From: Acidimicrobiia bacterium
GTDB lineage: Bacteria; Actinomycetota; Acidimicrobiia; Spongiisociales; ZC4RG35
DNA: 64,000 bases
Direction of reading: 5' to 3'
Assembly (NCBI GenBank): GCA_965203555.1
Contig: CBDBCY010000004.1
Location: 768,001-832,000 of the forward strand
This document shows, in pieces, positions 20,570-30,673 of this stretch; within the stretch, counting starts at the first letter, position 1, and the number at the start of each line of letters is the position of its first letter. Below the pieces are notes generated by a model that made no database searches, was not told where the DNA came from, and was given only the letters and a program-made list of their open reading frames with translations. The position numbers and the translations under genes were made by a program.

Positions 20570-21655
20570 CTATCGGGGTCGGCGGCGACTGCGGCGACGC
20601 TTGGGCGGGCGGGGCGGCGCCGACCCTTCCATGGAGAAGAGTTCGGCGGAGGTGGGGGCCGGTTTGGGGGCCTCTTCGACTTCCGGGACTGCCTCGGGTT
20701 CGGCGCCGCTCCGCTTTCGGGCGACCCTGCGACGCTGGTCCATCCAGGAGTATTCCCGCTCTCTCCAGACCGCCAACAGAGGAGAGGCCACGAAGATGGA
20801 CGAGTAGGTCCCCGCCCCGATGCCCACGAACAATGCCAGCGAGAAGTCACGCAGCGGGGCAGCGCCCAGGATCAGGGATCCCACGAACAGGATGCTTCCC
20901 ACCGGTATCAAGGACGTGAGGGAAGTGTTTATGGACCGGGCCAGCACCATGTTCATGGACCGGTTAACTATCTCCGAGTAGGTCAGGACGTCTCCGTAGT
21001 CACTTTCCAACTCCCTCACCCGGTCGAATACCACCACCGTGTCATAGAGCGAGTAACCCAAAACGGTGAGCGCCGCCACCACCGTGGCCGGGGTTACCTC
21101 GAAACGAGTGATGGCATAGATGCCGATGGTGATCATCAGGTCGTGCAACAGGGCAACGATTCCCGACAGCGCCATTTTCCACTGCAGTCGGATGGAGATG
21201 AAGATCACCACCGCCCCCAGAAACACGCCCAGTGCCCACAGGGCACGACGGGCCACCAACGCGCCAAAGGTCGGACCCACTGCCTGGCGGTTGACATCCT
21301 CGGGCGGAGCGCCGACCAGGGCGGCCACGGTCGCCACCATCTCGTCCTCGATTTCGGAGGGTATCGGTCCGGTTTGAATCCGCAGGCTGCGGCCATCGTC
21401 TATCTCCTGGATGCGGGAATCAACCACCCCCAAATCGGTCAGGGCGGCTTCCAGTTCACCGACGTTCACCCCGCTTCGATTGTCGGACTGCACCTGCACG
21501 CCGCCGGTGAATTCCAAGCCCAGATTCAGGCCGAAGATTCCCGCCGTCAATGCGGAGACAACCAGCAAGGCCGCCGAAACGTAGAACCACCGACGGCGAA
21601 GGCCGACAAAATCGATCTGGGTCTCGCCCCGGGAGATCTTCTGCCAGAGGTTCAT
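20570..21655 (-). CDS. secF: Protein translocase subunit SecF
   Basis: LGLEFTGG, VGPTFG, GYSLYDTVVVFDRVRE and GTYSSIFVASP motifs. Confidence 0.96.
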   Translation of the reverse strand: MNLWQKISRGETQIDFVGLRRRWFYVSAALLVVSALTAGIFGLNLGLEFTGGVQVQSDNRSGVNVGELEAALTDLGVVDSRIQEIDDGRSLRIQTGPIPSEIEDEMVATVAALVGAPPEDVNRQAVGPTFGALVARRALWALGVFLGAVVIFISIRLQWKMALSGIVALLHDLMITIGIYAITRFEVTPATVVAALTVLGYSLYDTVVVFDRVRELESDYGDVLTYSEIVNRSMNMVLARSINTSLTSLIPVGSILFVGSLILGAAPLRDFSLALFVGIGAGTYSSIFVASPLLAVWREREYSWMDQRRRVARKRSGAEPEAVPEVEEAPKPAPTSAELFSMEGSAPPRPPKRRRSRRRPR

Positions 21656-23157
21656 TGACGCTCTCCCGCCGCCGCCGGCAGGGAGAACCAGCCGGAGCGC
21701 CCCATTGGGGTGTGCGCCAGAATCCATGCCGCTCTACGGGTGAAGGATCGGGCTACGAAGATGTCCAGGACAGTGGCGATTCCCAGAGAGAGCGCGAATC
21801 CCTTCACGGCGCCCACCGTCAACATCCACAGCAGAGTCGCCCCCAGTATGGAGACCGTATCGGCGGTGAGGATGGTACGGAAGGCGGTGCGGAAACCTTG
21901 AGTGGCGGCGGAGGGCACGGTTCTTCCCGCCCGTAATTCGTCCTTGATCCGTTCGAAGTAGACGATGTAGGAGTCAGCCGTGATACCAATCGCCACGATT
22001 ATCCCGGTCACCCCCGCCAGGGTGAGGGTCACCCCCTGGAAGTGGCCCAATAGCGCGTAGATTGCAATCAGCAGGGCCCCGAAGACCCCAATTCCCAGTA
22101 CCGCCACCAGACCCAGCGCCCGGTAATAGAAGAGGAGCACCACCGCCACCAGGGCCAATCCCGCGATACCCGACACCAACCCGATCTGAAGGGAGTCCGA
22201 GCCCAGGGTGGCCGAGACCTTCTCCACCTGGCTCCGTTCAAAGGCGACGGGCAGCGAGCCGTAACGAAGGATCACCGCCAGATTCTGAGCCTGCTCCTCG
22301 GCCGTCGGATCGGCGCCCAGGGTTATCACCGCGTCTCCTCCGGTGATACCCACGCCGGCCGCCACATCCTCCGACACTTGCGGCGAGGCGATGATGCGAC
22401 CGTCCAGAACAATGGCAATCTGGCGACGGGGATCACCGACCGCATAGGCGGCCGCCTCCCCGGTGAGCCTGGCAAACAGATCCGACCCATCCGAAGTGAG
22501 GGAAAGATTCACAACCCATTGGGCGGAGGTGTTGTCGAAACCAGGCAACGCCGCAGAGACGTCCGAACCGGTCATCTCTGCCGGACCGAGCGTCAGCACC
22601 TCAGCGCCGAACAGCGTGAAACTGGGCAGGTAGGCGACCTGATCGGGGTCGTCCTCGACGGTGTACCCGGTGACCGGATCCACTCCATCGGGTACATCGG
22701 GCAGGGTGGTGGTAGTGGTGGTGATCACCACCGATTCTTCGGACTCGCCCTCGACTTCTCCCGTTCCGGTTGGAACGGTGGTGGTGACCAGCGGACCCTC
22801 CAGGCCCGGAGTGGAATCCAGCACCGGACGGAACGAAAGCCGCCCGGTCCGGCCGATGGCATCGAGCGCCTGCTGCTCGTTCTGGACGCCCGGTAGTTGG
22901 ACCAGCACCGTCGTCCCTCCCGAAATCGAGATCTCCGGTTCTTGGACTCCGCCCACGTCTTCTATGCGGCGGCGCATGATGTCCACCGCGTACTCCATCA
23001 CATCGGGATCGGTGTCATCGGGCGCAGTAAGTATGACCGAGGTGCCGCCCTGCAGGTCCAGTCCCAGCTTTGGCTCAATGCCCAGCAGGTAGACGGAGAC
23101 CAGACCACCCCAGGCGAACCCGACAACAATCAGCAGGCCGATGACCCGCCGAAGCAC
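21652..23157 (-). CDS. secD: Protein translocase subunit SecD
   Basis: LGLDLQGG, LRYGSLP, ADSYIVYFERIKDE and VKGFA motifs. Confidence 0.96.
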   Translation of the reverse strand: MLRRVIGLLIVVGFAWGGLVSVYLLGIEPKLGLDLQGGTSVILTAPDDTDPDVMEYAVDIMRRRIEDVGGVQEPEISISGGTTVLVQLPGVQNEQQALDAIGRTGRLSFRPVLDSTPGLEGPLVTTTVPTGTGEVEGESEESVVITTTTTTLPDVPDGVDPVTGYTVEDDPDQVAYLPSFTLFGAEVLTLGPAEMTGSDVSAALPGFDNTSAQWVVNLSLTSDGSDLFARLTGEAAAYAVGDPRRQIAIVLDGRIIASPQVSEDVAAGVGITGGDAVITLGADPTAEEQAQNLAVILRYGSLPVAFERSQVEKVSATLGSDSLQIGLVSGIAGLALVAVVLLFYYRALGLVAVLGIGVFGALLIAIYALLGHFQGVTLTLAGVTGIIVAIGITADSYIVYFERIKDELRAGRTVPSAATQGFRTAFRTILTADTVSILGATLLWMLTVGAVKGFALSLGIATVLDIFVARSFTRRAAWILAHTPMGRSGWFSLPAAAGERQ

Positions 23158-23160
23158 AGA

Positions 23161-23448
23161 TCAGCCTTCCGAGACTCGTTTGGATGCAATGGCCTTCTTG
23201 GCGATCCGCAAAGACCCGTATTCAAGTTCTATCACCACCGAATCATCCTCCACGCTGCGAACCGATCCCATGATTCCCCCTATGGTCTGAATCCGGTCTC
23301 CGATCTCCAGATTCGCTACCAGGTGCTGTTGCTGTTTGGCGCGTTTGCGCTGAGGCCTGATGAGCAGAAAGTAAAAGAACAAAAGAAAGCCGCCGAGAAC
23401 CAACCATGTGAAGATCGGGCTCCCTGCCGACTCTTGAGCGAGGATCAT
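23161..23448 (-). CDS. yajC: Preprotein translocase subunit YajC
   Basis: FYFLLIRPQRKR and GDRIQTIGGIMG motifs; upstream of secD. Confidence 0.95.
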   Translation of the reverse strand: MILAQESAGSPIFTWLVLGGFLLFFYFLLIRPQRKRAKQQQHLVANLEIGDRIQTIGGIMGSVRSVEDDSVVIELEYGSLRIAKKAIASKRVSEG

Positions 23449-23485
23449 GAAATGACAACTCCTGTTATTCGGTCCGCTGAAACTA

Positions 23486-24610
23486 TCAGACTAGCGTCTC
23501 GTTCCCTGGTTGAGAAACTCCGCACTGGCGAAAATGGCGGCGGTACCGACCGAACTTCCCCTCCAGGATCGCCTGGCGGGCCCCTGCCATCAACCCCGTG
23601 GCATGCGCCAGGTTGTGAATGGAGAGCAACCGCTGGGAGGTGAGTTCTCCCACTCTGAGGAGATGACGCAGGTAGGACCGGGTATACCGGCGACAGGCCA
23701 AGCACTCGCATCCGGGATCGAGAGGCCGGTCATCTCGTGCATAGGCGCCGGCTCGGAGGTTGTAATCACCGGCCCAGCCGAGAACTTTCCCGTGTCGGGC
23801 GAGTCGGGTGGGCCAAACGCAGTCGAACATGTCCACTCCGCGGGCAATGGCGTCGAGCATGCCCACCGAGTCCCCCACCCCCATCAGGTAGCGAGGCCGG
23901 TGAAAAGGCAGTTCCGGTACGCAGGCCTCCAGGGCCAGGTTGCGCTCGGCGGCCGACTCTCCCACCGACAACCCGCCGATGCCAAAGCCCGCAAACCCCA
24001 GCGCTGCCGTGGCCCTGGCGCTGCGGCGGCGCAATCGGGGATCGACACCACCCTGCACGATCCCGAACAGGGCCTGGTCGCTGCGCCGATGGGCCGCCAA
24101 GGCCCGCTCGGACCAGCGCAAGGTGCGCTCGGCGGCCTCCTCCAACTCCGGCAGAGGCGAAGGAAGGGCCAAGCAGATGTCCAGCACCATGGCGATGTCG
24201 GCCCCAAGGCGCTCCTGGTGACGCACCGCCTCCTCCGGGGTGAGGCTTATATGGGACCCGTCGTATATGGAACGGAACGCCGCACCTTCCTCGGTGATGG
24301 CAGGCTTGAGCGAAAACACCTGGTAACCCCCGGAGTCGGTGAGCACCGGTCGTCGCCAGGACATGAAACCGTGTAGCCCTCCCATACTCTCGATCAACTC
24401 CGATCCCGGCCGCAGCATCAGGTGGTAGGTATTGGCCAGCATGATCGACGCGCCCAACTCTTCCAGATCGGCGGCGTCCAACCCCTTCACAGAGGCGCGG
24501 GTCCCAACCGGCATGAACACCGGAGTGGCAACGTCGCCGTGGGGGGTGTGAAGCGTCCCGGCCCGGGCGGATCCATCCTGTGCCTGCGGGGTCCAGGAAA
24601 CCGGGTTCAC
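23486..24610 (-). CDS. tgt: tRNA-guanine transglycosylase
   Basis: TPVFMPVGT, NTYHL, TDSGGYQ, GIVQGG and zinc site CECLAC; GTG start overlaps the queA stop. Confidence 0.96.
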   Translation of the reverse strand: MNPVSWTPQAQDGSARAGTLHTPHGDVATPVFMPVGTRASVKGLDAADLEELGASIMLANTYHLMLRPGSELIESMGGLHGFMSWRRPVLTDSGGYQVFSLKPAITEEGAAFRSIYDGSHISLTPEEAVRHQERLGADIAMVLDICLALPSPLPELEEAAERTLRWSERALAAHRRSDQALFGIVQGGVDPRLRRRSARATAALGFAGFGIGGLSVGESAAERNLALEACVPELPFHRPRYLMGVGDSVGMLDAIARGVDMFDCVWPTRLARHGKVLGWAGDYNLRAGAYARDDRPLDPGCECLACRRYTRSYLRHLLRVGELTSQRLLSIHNLAHATGLMAGARQAILEGKFGRYRRHFRQCGVSQPGNETLV

Positions 24611-25635
24611 TGTTGCGCCGTCTCGGGGTCTCGTTCGGCCAGCATGGCGTCGCCGAAAGAGAGAAACCGATATCCTCGGGCCAGGGCGGTCCGGTACGCG
24701 TCCCGCCACTTTCGGCCCATGAAGGCCCAGACCAGCGCCACCAGACTGGATCGGGGAGCATGGAAGTTGGTGACCAGCATATCCACCACCCTGAACCGGC
24801 AACCCGGCGTCAGGTAGAGATCCGTCTCACCTTGTTGAGCGGTCACCAGACCGTCGGAAGCGGCTGCGGTCTCCAGGGTCCTCACCACGGTGGTGCCCAC
24901 CGCCACCACCCGCCCTCCCCGCGCCCGGCAGCGCCTCACCTGTTGCTCGACCTCCTTCGAAATCCAGAACCGTTCCACACCCATGGGATGATCCTCCAGT
25001 CGCTCGACGCCGATCGGGCGGAAGGTGGCCCAGCTCACCTCCAGATCGATCTCGGCTCTCATCACGCCGCGGTGACGCAGAGCCTCCAGAATCGTCGGGG
25101 TGAAGTGCAGACCGGCGGTGGGAGCGGCAGCGGATCCCAGCCGGGATGCGAATATTGTCTGGTAGCGCTCGGGGTCGGGCAACGACCGGCGGATGTAGGG
25201 AGGCAACGGCACCTCTCCCATCTCCTCCACCAACTCCTCCACCTCCCCCTTCCCGGTCAATACCAACCGGGCCACTCCGTCAACCGGGTCGGAGACCAAC
25301 TCGCCCCGAAGGGGACCGAACTCCACCACCACCCCGGCGCGGAGCCGTCGGGCGGGACGCACCAGCGCCTCCCAACGATCGGGAGAGAGACGACGGGCCA
25401 GCAAGGCCTCCACCCGTCCACCGGTTCCCGACTTGCGACCCACCAGCCGGGCAGCCCTTACCCTGGTCCGGTTTACCACCAGCAGATCCCCCGGCGCCAG
25501 AAGATGGGGCAGATCCGAAAATCGCCGATCCAAAAGAGTTCGGGTGTCGAGCAACCGGGAAGAGTGCCGTGGTTCGACCGGCGCTTGCGCCACCGATTCC
25601 TGGGGCAGGCAATAATCCAATTCAGCGGTGAGCAT
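24607..25635 (-). CDS. queA: S-adenosylmethionine:tRNA ribosyltransferase-isomerase
   Basis: PLPPYI, YQT, AAPTAGLHF, TNFH and YRFLSFGDAM motifs. Confidence 0.96.
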   Translation of the reverse strand: MLTAELDYCLPQESVAQAPVEPRHSSRLLDTRTLLDRRFSDLPHLLAPGDLLVVNRTRVRAARLVGRKSGTGGRVEALLARRLSPDRWEALVRPARRLRAGVVVEFGPLRGELVSDPVDGVARLVLTGKGEVEELVEEMGEVPLPPYIRRSLPDPERYQTIFASRLGSAAAPTAGLHFTPTILEALRHRGVMRAEIDLEVSWATFRPIGVERLEDHPMGVERFWISKEVEQQVRRCRARGGRVVAVGTTVVRTLETAAASDGLVTAQQGETDLYLTPGCRFRVVDMLVTNFHAPRSSLVALVWAFMGRKWRDAYRTALARGYRFLSFGDAMLAERDPETAQQ

Positions 25636-25647
25636 ACCGATCCGGAA

Positions 25648-26670
25648 TCAGACCAAACGCAGTTGGGGGTCGGCAGGAGGTACCAGCCCCAGGTGCAGGT
25701 AAGTTCCCTCGGTGGCCAGCCGTCCCCGCGGGGTTCTTTGCAGAAGGCCTGCCTGCAGAAGGTAGGGCTCGTACGCCTCTTCCACCGTCTCCGGCTCTTC
25801 GCCGACCGCGATCGCCAGGGTGCTCAGACCCACCGGACCACCCCCGAACTTGTGCACAACCGATTCAAGAATCGCCCGGTCAACCTTGTCCAACCCCAAC
25901 TCATCCACTTCCAACAGGGCAAGGGCCCGGTTGGCCACCCGGGCCGTCACCTGCCCGTCGGCGCGGGCGATGGCGTAGTCGCGAACCCGGGCCAGTAACC
26001 GGTTGGCCACCCGGGCAGTACCGCGGCTACGGGTGGCGATCGTCTCGGCGCCAGCGCCGGTGATTCCCACTCCCAGAATCCCCGCCGACCTGACCACGAT
26101 CTGCCGCAATTCATCGGATGTGTAATGGTCGAACCGCTCGATGATCTGGAAGCGATCCCGCAGGGGAGAAGAGATCATGCCAAGCCGAGTGGTGGCCCCG
26201 ATCAGAGTAAAGGGTTCAAGGTTCAGCCGGTAGGTGGTGGCGCCCACTCCCTTTCCCACCACGATGTCCAGTTCGAAGTCCTCCATCGCCGGATAGAGCA
26301 CCTCTTCCACCATCCGTGAGAGCCGATGCAATTCGTCAACGAAGAAGACCTCACCCTTCTCGAGTCCTGAAAGGATAGAGGCGAGGTCTCCCGGCCGGTC
26401 CAGAGCCGGGCCGGAGGTTCGCCGCATCCGCACTCCCAGTTCGTTGGCTATCACCCCCGCCATGGAGGTTTTTCCCAGCCCCGGAGGACCCGAGAACAGG
26501 ACATGTCCCACGGGTGACCCCATTTTGGCGGCAGCCTCTATGGAGATCGTCAGCCGCTCCTGCAAGAGGGGCTGACCAATGAACTCTCCCAGCAACCGGG
26601 GCCGCAGGGAAGCTTCCAGTTCGGACTCGCCCGTAGCCGGTTCCTGGGCAACGACCCGTTCCTCTCTCAT
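25648..26670 (-). CDS. ruvB: Holliday junction helicase RuvB
   Basis: LRP, GPPGLGKT, LYPAMEDF, PFTLIGATT and RTPRGR motifs. Confidence 0.97.
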   Translation of the reverse strand: MREERVVAQEPATGESELEASLRPRLLGEFIGQPLLQERLTISIEAAAKMGSPVGHVLFSGPPGLGKTSMAGVIANELGVRMRRTSGPALDRPGDLASILSGLEKGEVFFVDELHRLSRMVEEVLYPAMEDFELDIVVGKGVGATTYRLNLEPFTLIGATTRLGMISSPLRDRFQIIERFDHYTSDELRQIVVRSAGILGVGITGAGAETIATRSRGTARVANRLLARVRDYAIARADGQVTARVANRALALLEVDELGLDKVDRAILESVVHKFGGGPVGLSTLAIAVGEEPETVEEAYEPYLLQAGLLQRTPRGRLATEGTYLHLGLVPPADPQLRLV

Positions 26671-27236
26671 TGCGCCAACTCCCGAAGCGCCGCCCGCAAT
26701 TGTTCCTCAAAAGAGGCGCGAGGATCAACCACCGCCGCGGCGCTGCGAATCTCGTGGCTGCGATATCCCAATCCCGCCAATGCTCCCCACAGTTGCGAAG
26801 ACCGGGATGAGCCTTTCAAGACGTTGGCCTCGGACGCTTCCAGCTTTCCTTTCAGATCGAGGATCAGACGCTGGGCGGTCTTCTTTCCGACACCGCTTAC
26901 CCTGGTGAAAGTGGTGACGTCTTCGGAACGCACCGCCTCCCGAACCGCCTCCGACCCCAGGGTGGAGAGAATCGCCAGCCCCACCTTCGGACCCACGCCC
27001 TGGGCGGAGAGGAGCAACCGGAACAGATCCCGCTCGCCGCTGTCCCTGAAACCGTACAGTCGCATCCCTTCGCTCCACACCTGAAGATGGGTGCTGATCA
27101 CTATCTCTCCCCGCTCTGAGGGCAGGCTTTCCACGACCGAGGGTGACATTATCACCTCGTATCCAACTCCCCCCACATCAATGACGACCCCTTCCGGATT
27201 CCTTTCGGTTAGCGCCCCTCTCAATGAGCCTATCAC
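26667..27236 (-). CDS. ruvA: Holliday junction binding protein RuvA
   Basis: IGSLRG, DVGGVGYEV, LYGF and the HhH motifs GVGPK and GVGKK. Confidence 0.95.
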   Translation of the reverse strand: MIGSLRGALTERNPEGVVIDVGGVGYEVIMSPSVVESLPSERGEIVISTHLQVWSEGMRLYGFRDSGERDLFRLLLSAQGVGPKVGLAILSTLGSEAVREAVRSEDVTTFTRVSGVGKKTAQRLILDLKGKLEASEANVLKGSSRSSQLWGALAGLGYRSHEIRSAAAVVDPRASFEEQLRAALRELAQ

Positions 27237-27715
27237 GGCACGAGTTCCAAGTGGAGGTGACGCAGGTGGCAAATTGCCGCCGCAACCGCATCGAAGGCAT
27301 CATGAGGCAAGCCCTCTTCCGAAAGGTTGAGCGTCTTGCGGAGTGTTCGCTGCACGGCGTCCTTGGTGGCGGCCCCGTCGCCGGTCACAATTTTCTTTAC
27401 GGTGCTGGGGCTGTACTCGGTGACCGATATCCCTGCTTCTGCGGCGGTGAGCATCACGACGCCGGTGGCCCTCTCCACCGCCGAGGCCGCCGATCGGTTC
27501 CCCTTGATGTAGACCTTCTCCAGGGACATGGCGACCGGTCCGTACCGCTTGATGACATCGGAGAGGTCGTTGGACAACTCTTGCAGACGTTCCTCGATGG
27601 GCCAACTTACGGGAGTGCTGATCATCCCCATTGCGATCACCCGGTGTGGGTTGCCTCTGCTGACCACCGCATAACCGGTGCGGGCCAATCCAGGATCTAC
27701 TCCCAATACCAACAC
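27233..27715 (-). CDS. ruvC: Holliday junction resolvase RuvC
   Basis: LGVDPG..RTGY, EYSPSTVKK.VTG.G.ATK and DAFDAVA motifs. Confidence 0.95.
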   Translation of the reverse strand: MLVLGVDPGLARTGYAVVSRGNPHRVIAMGMISTPVSWPIEERLQELSNDLSDVIKRYGPVAMSLEKVYIKGNRSAASAVERATGVVMLTAAEAGISVTEYSPSTVKKIVTGDGAATKDAVQRTLRKTLNLSEEGLPHDAFDAVAAAICHLRHLHLELVP

Positions 27716-27785
27716 CTACAGGAAGTGTAAGTAAAGGGAGGGCTCTACACTGGCCTTTTGATCGTCAAGCCCCTCCGGTCGGAAG

Positions 27786-28529
27786 TCACCGGCCGGCCAG
27801 AGCCTCCAATATGTCGTCGCTGATCTCGAAGTTGGAATAGACGCTTTGCACATCATCCAGATCTTCCAAGGCATCCACCAACCGCAACACCCTGGGAGCG
27901 GTGCGACGATCGACCGGCACCTCCGTAATGGGCAGTTGCGTCACCTCCGCCGACTCGACGGCCAAACCCGACTCCTGCAGGGCGTCCCTCACACCCGTCA
28001 TCTCACCCGGTGTGGTGATCACCTCCCAAGAATCGCCCGTCTCCTTGATGTCCTCGGCGCCCGCCTCTAAGGCGGTAAGCAAGACGTCATCTTCTTCCCC
28101 GGCGGCGGCAATGACGCCCTTGGGCTGAAAGAGGTATCCCACCGATCCAGGTTCTCCCAAACTGCCCCCGTTGCGGGTGAAAACCGCCCGCACGTCAGAA
28201 GCTGCCCGCCGCCGGTTGTCAGTGAGCACCTGAACGTACACCGCCACTCCCCCAGGCGCGTATCCCTCATACCAAAGCTCGTCGTAAGCCACCCCCCCTG
28301 TCTCTCCGGTGCCCCGCTTGATGGCTCGGCTGATGTTGTCGTTGGGCATGGATGCCGCTTTGGCCTTGGCCACCGCCGCAGCCAGCGAATAGTTGGCGGC
28401 CGGGTCACCGCCACCCTTGCGCGCTTCCGATTCGATGGCCCTGGCCAATTTGGCAAACAGCTTCCCGCGGGCCGCATCCTGGCGTCCCTTGCGGTGTTTT
28501 ATGTTCGCCCACTTGGAATGTCCCGCCAT
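27786..28529 (-). CDS. yebC: YebC/PmpR family protein
   Basis: MAGHSKWANIKHRK, YEGYAPGG and LEDLDDVQ motifs. Confidence 0.96.
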   Translation of the reverse strand: MAGHSKWANIKHRKGRQDAARGKLFAKLARAIESEARKGGGDPAANYSLAAAVAKAKAASMPNDNISRAIKRGTGETGGVAYDELWYEGYAPGGVAVYVQVLTDNRRRAASDVRAVFTRNGGSLGEPGSVGYLFQPKGVIAAAGEEDDVLLTALEAGAEDIKETGDSWEVITTPGEMTGVRDALQESGLAVESAEVTQLPITEVPVDRRTAPRVLRLVDALEDLDDVQSVYSNFEISDDILEALAGR

Positions 28530-28535
28530 TTCGCC

Positions 28536-29108
28536 CTACTCCTCTCCGCCTTGCAACCACAGTCGGTGAATGCGGGAATCCTGCGTCAATTCCGGGTGAA
28601 ACGAGGTGGCCGTCAAAGTCCTCGACCGCACCATCACGGGATGTTTGCCGACCCGGGCCAGCACCTCCACCTCGCCGCCCACCTTCTCGACCCAGGGCGC
28701 CCTGATGAACACTGCGCGAAAGGGGTCTTCCAATCCTTTCACTTCCAGGTCCATCTCAAAAGACTCGTTCTGTCGCCCGAAGGCGTTGCGCCGCACCACC
28801 ACGTCCAAGACTCCCAGAAGCGGTTGATCTCCTTCTACGATGGAACCGGCCACCAGGATCATGCCCGCGCAGGTGGCCAGGGTGGGCAGACCGTCGAGCA
28901 GGGCGGCGCGCAGCGGCCGCAGCAGCCGGAACCGCTCCGCCAGACGACCGATGGTGGTTGACTCCCCTCCCGGAATCACCAAGCCGTCAATCCCCACCAG
29001 ATCATCGGGGAGGCGCACCAGCCGGGTGGAGACATCCAGACGCTCAAGAGCCCACCGGTGCTCCCTGACATCCCCTTGCAGGGCCAGCACCCCTATGGTG
29101 GGCGGCAT
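28536..29108 (-). CDS. pdxT: PLP synthase glutaminase subunit
   Basis: GVLALQG, PGGESTT, TCAG, FIRAP and FHPE motifs. Confidence 0.96.
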   Translation of the reverse strand: MPPTIGVLALQGDVREHRWALERLDVSTRLVRLPDDLVGIDGLVIPGGESTTIGRLAERFRLLRPLRAALLDGLPTLATCAGMILVAGSIVEGDQPLLGVLDVVVRRNAFGRQNESFEMDLEVKGLEDPFRAVFIRAPWVEKVGGEVEVLARVGKHPVMVRSRTLTATSFHPELTQDSRIHRLWLQGGEE

Positions 29109-29110
29109 TA

Positions 29111-30010
29111 TCACCAACCCCGGGCGGCCAAACGCTCAGCTGGTTCCAGGGTTCCTATCTCGATGCCCGCCATGGGCGCTCCCAGGCCTCGCGAGGCTTC
29201 AGCCACCATCTCCGGCCGATCCCAGAAGGTCGTGGCCTCCACGATGGCGGCGGCATAGGCGGCCGGGTCGGAGCTTTTGAATATCCCGCTGCCCACAAAC
29301 ACCCCGTCGCAACCCAGCGCCATCATCAACGCCGCGTCGGCGGGAGTGGCGAGCCCTCCGGCCGCGAAGTTCACCACCGGTAAACGCCCCAATTCCGCCA
29401 CTTCCCCGACCAGTTCAACGGGAACTCGCATCTGTTGAGCCTGCCGGGCCATCTCCTCGTCGGACAGGTCGGCCAAACCTTCTATCTGGCTGGTAATGGC
29501 CCGCATGTGCCGTACCGCCTCCACCACATTCCCGGTGCCGGCTTCGCCCTTGGTTCGAATCATGGCTGCCCCCTCGGCGAGTCGCCGCAACCCCTCGCCA
29601 AGATCGCGGGCGCCACACACAAAGGGAGTGGTGAAGGGCCACTTGTCGACATGGTGTTCCTCATCGGCGGGAGTGAGTACCTCCGACTCGTCGATATAGT
29701 CCACCCCCAGAGTCTCCAATACCCTGGCTTCCAGGAAATGTCCGATCCGGCACTTCGCCATTACCGGTATGGTCACCGCGCCCATGATCTCGGTGACCTT
29801 GCCGGGATTGGCCATCCGAGCCACTCCCCCATCCTTGCGGATGTCGGAAGGAACCCGCTCCAGGGCCATCACCGCCACCGCACCCGCCTCTTCGGCGATC
29901 CGCGCCTGATCGGCGGTGACCACATCCATGATCACCCCGCCCTTGAGCATGTCGGCCAGTCCCCGCTTCACCAACTCGGTCCCGGTCTTCATACCATTGC
30001 TCTGCTCCAT
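29111..30010 (-). CDS. pdxS: PLP synthase lyase subunit
   Basis: [29 protein letters not shown] and FVGSGIFKS motifs. Start taken at ATG 30010, with TACGCT 7 nt upstream (probably leaderless). Confidence 0.95.
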   Translation of the reverse strand: MEQSNGMKTGTELVKRGLADMLKGGVIMDVVTADQARIAEEAGAVAVMALERVPSDIRKDGGVARMANPGKVTEIMGAVTIPVMAKCRIGHFLEARVLETLGVDYIDESEVLTPADEEHHVDKWPFTTPFVCGARDLGEGLRRLAEGAAMIRTKGEAGTGNVVEAVRHMRAITSQIEGLADLSDEEMARQAQQMRVPVELVGEVAELGRLPVVNFAAGGLATPADAALMMALGCDGVFVGSGIFKSSDPAAYAAAIVEATTFWDRPEMVAEASRGLGAPMAGIEIGTLEPAERLAARGW

Positions 30011-30149
30011 CCGCCATAGCGTACCAACCTCACCGTCGCCCCCGTCCACAATACGTACTCCGACAAACCACGCCCTCTCTCCATTACCCCAGAAACCAAC
30101 TCCGTCGGCCACCGCCAAGTCTCCCGTCAGAACCCACCCATGTTCTGAT

Positions 30150-30500
30150 TCCTGGTCCACCAAATCAAACCGGTTGTTGTACTTCCGAGCCACCTCCGCC
30201 ACATAGAGGAGCGTGTACTGTCGCCGGTAGTGGTAGTGTCAACCTATGAGGCCCGTTCGAGCGGTGACCAGATGGCCCTCGATGGTGTTGGTATGCACCA
30301 TCCCGTCCGGCGCGTTTGTAGGCCTTGCCGGGGCTTCCTGCCGATATACGCCTCGTCCGCCTCCACAATGCCCTGTAGCAGTACCCTGCCTTGGCGGGTG
30401 GCCATCTCAGCCTGTATCCGAGCCTGCAAGTACCATTCCGACTTCTGGTTCATGCCCCATGTCGCCCCCAAGCTGGTTACTCGACAGGCTTTCCTTGATA
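30150..30500 (-). mobile_element. Degraded, internally deleted IS1595-family transposase remnant
   Basis: Fragments in shifting frames: KESLSSNQL / MNQKSEWYLQARIQAEM..LQGIVEADEAYIG / VHTNTIEG / WSPLER / [13 protein letters not shown]. Boundaries are approximate. Confidence 0.82.
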
Positions 30501-30673
30501 GAAACACGCCCCCTCTCCGATCGAGTCCTCCCACCGTGTTCTAGTGGCCACCGGCCCGAATCCTGACTGATTGCCCAAGGGGTGGTCCGGGTACAATGGG
30601 AGGTAGAGGGACAGGTTGGTCAAGTCGAGAAGCTACTTGTCCAAAAGGCGGAGCGCACAGGGGTGCAGATGCG

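Noticed and set aside
30011-30202. 63-aa N-terminal extension of the pdxS ORF
   Set aside because: It is the IS1595 remnant's C-terminal frame running open into pdxS. A -10 element 7 nt before ATG 30010 supports the shorter start.
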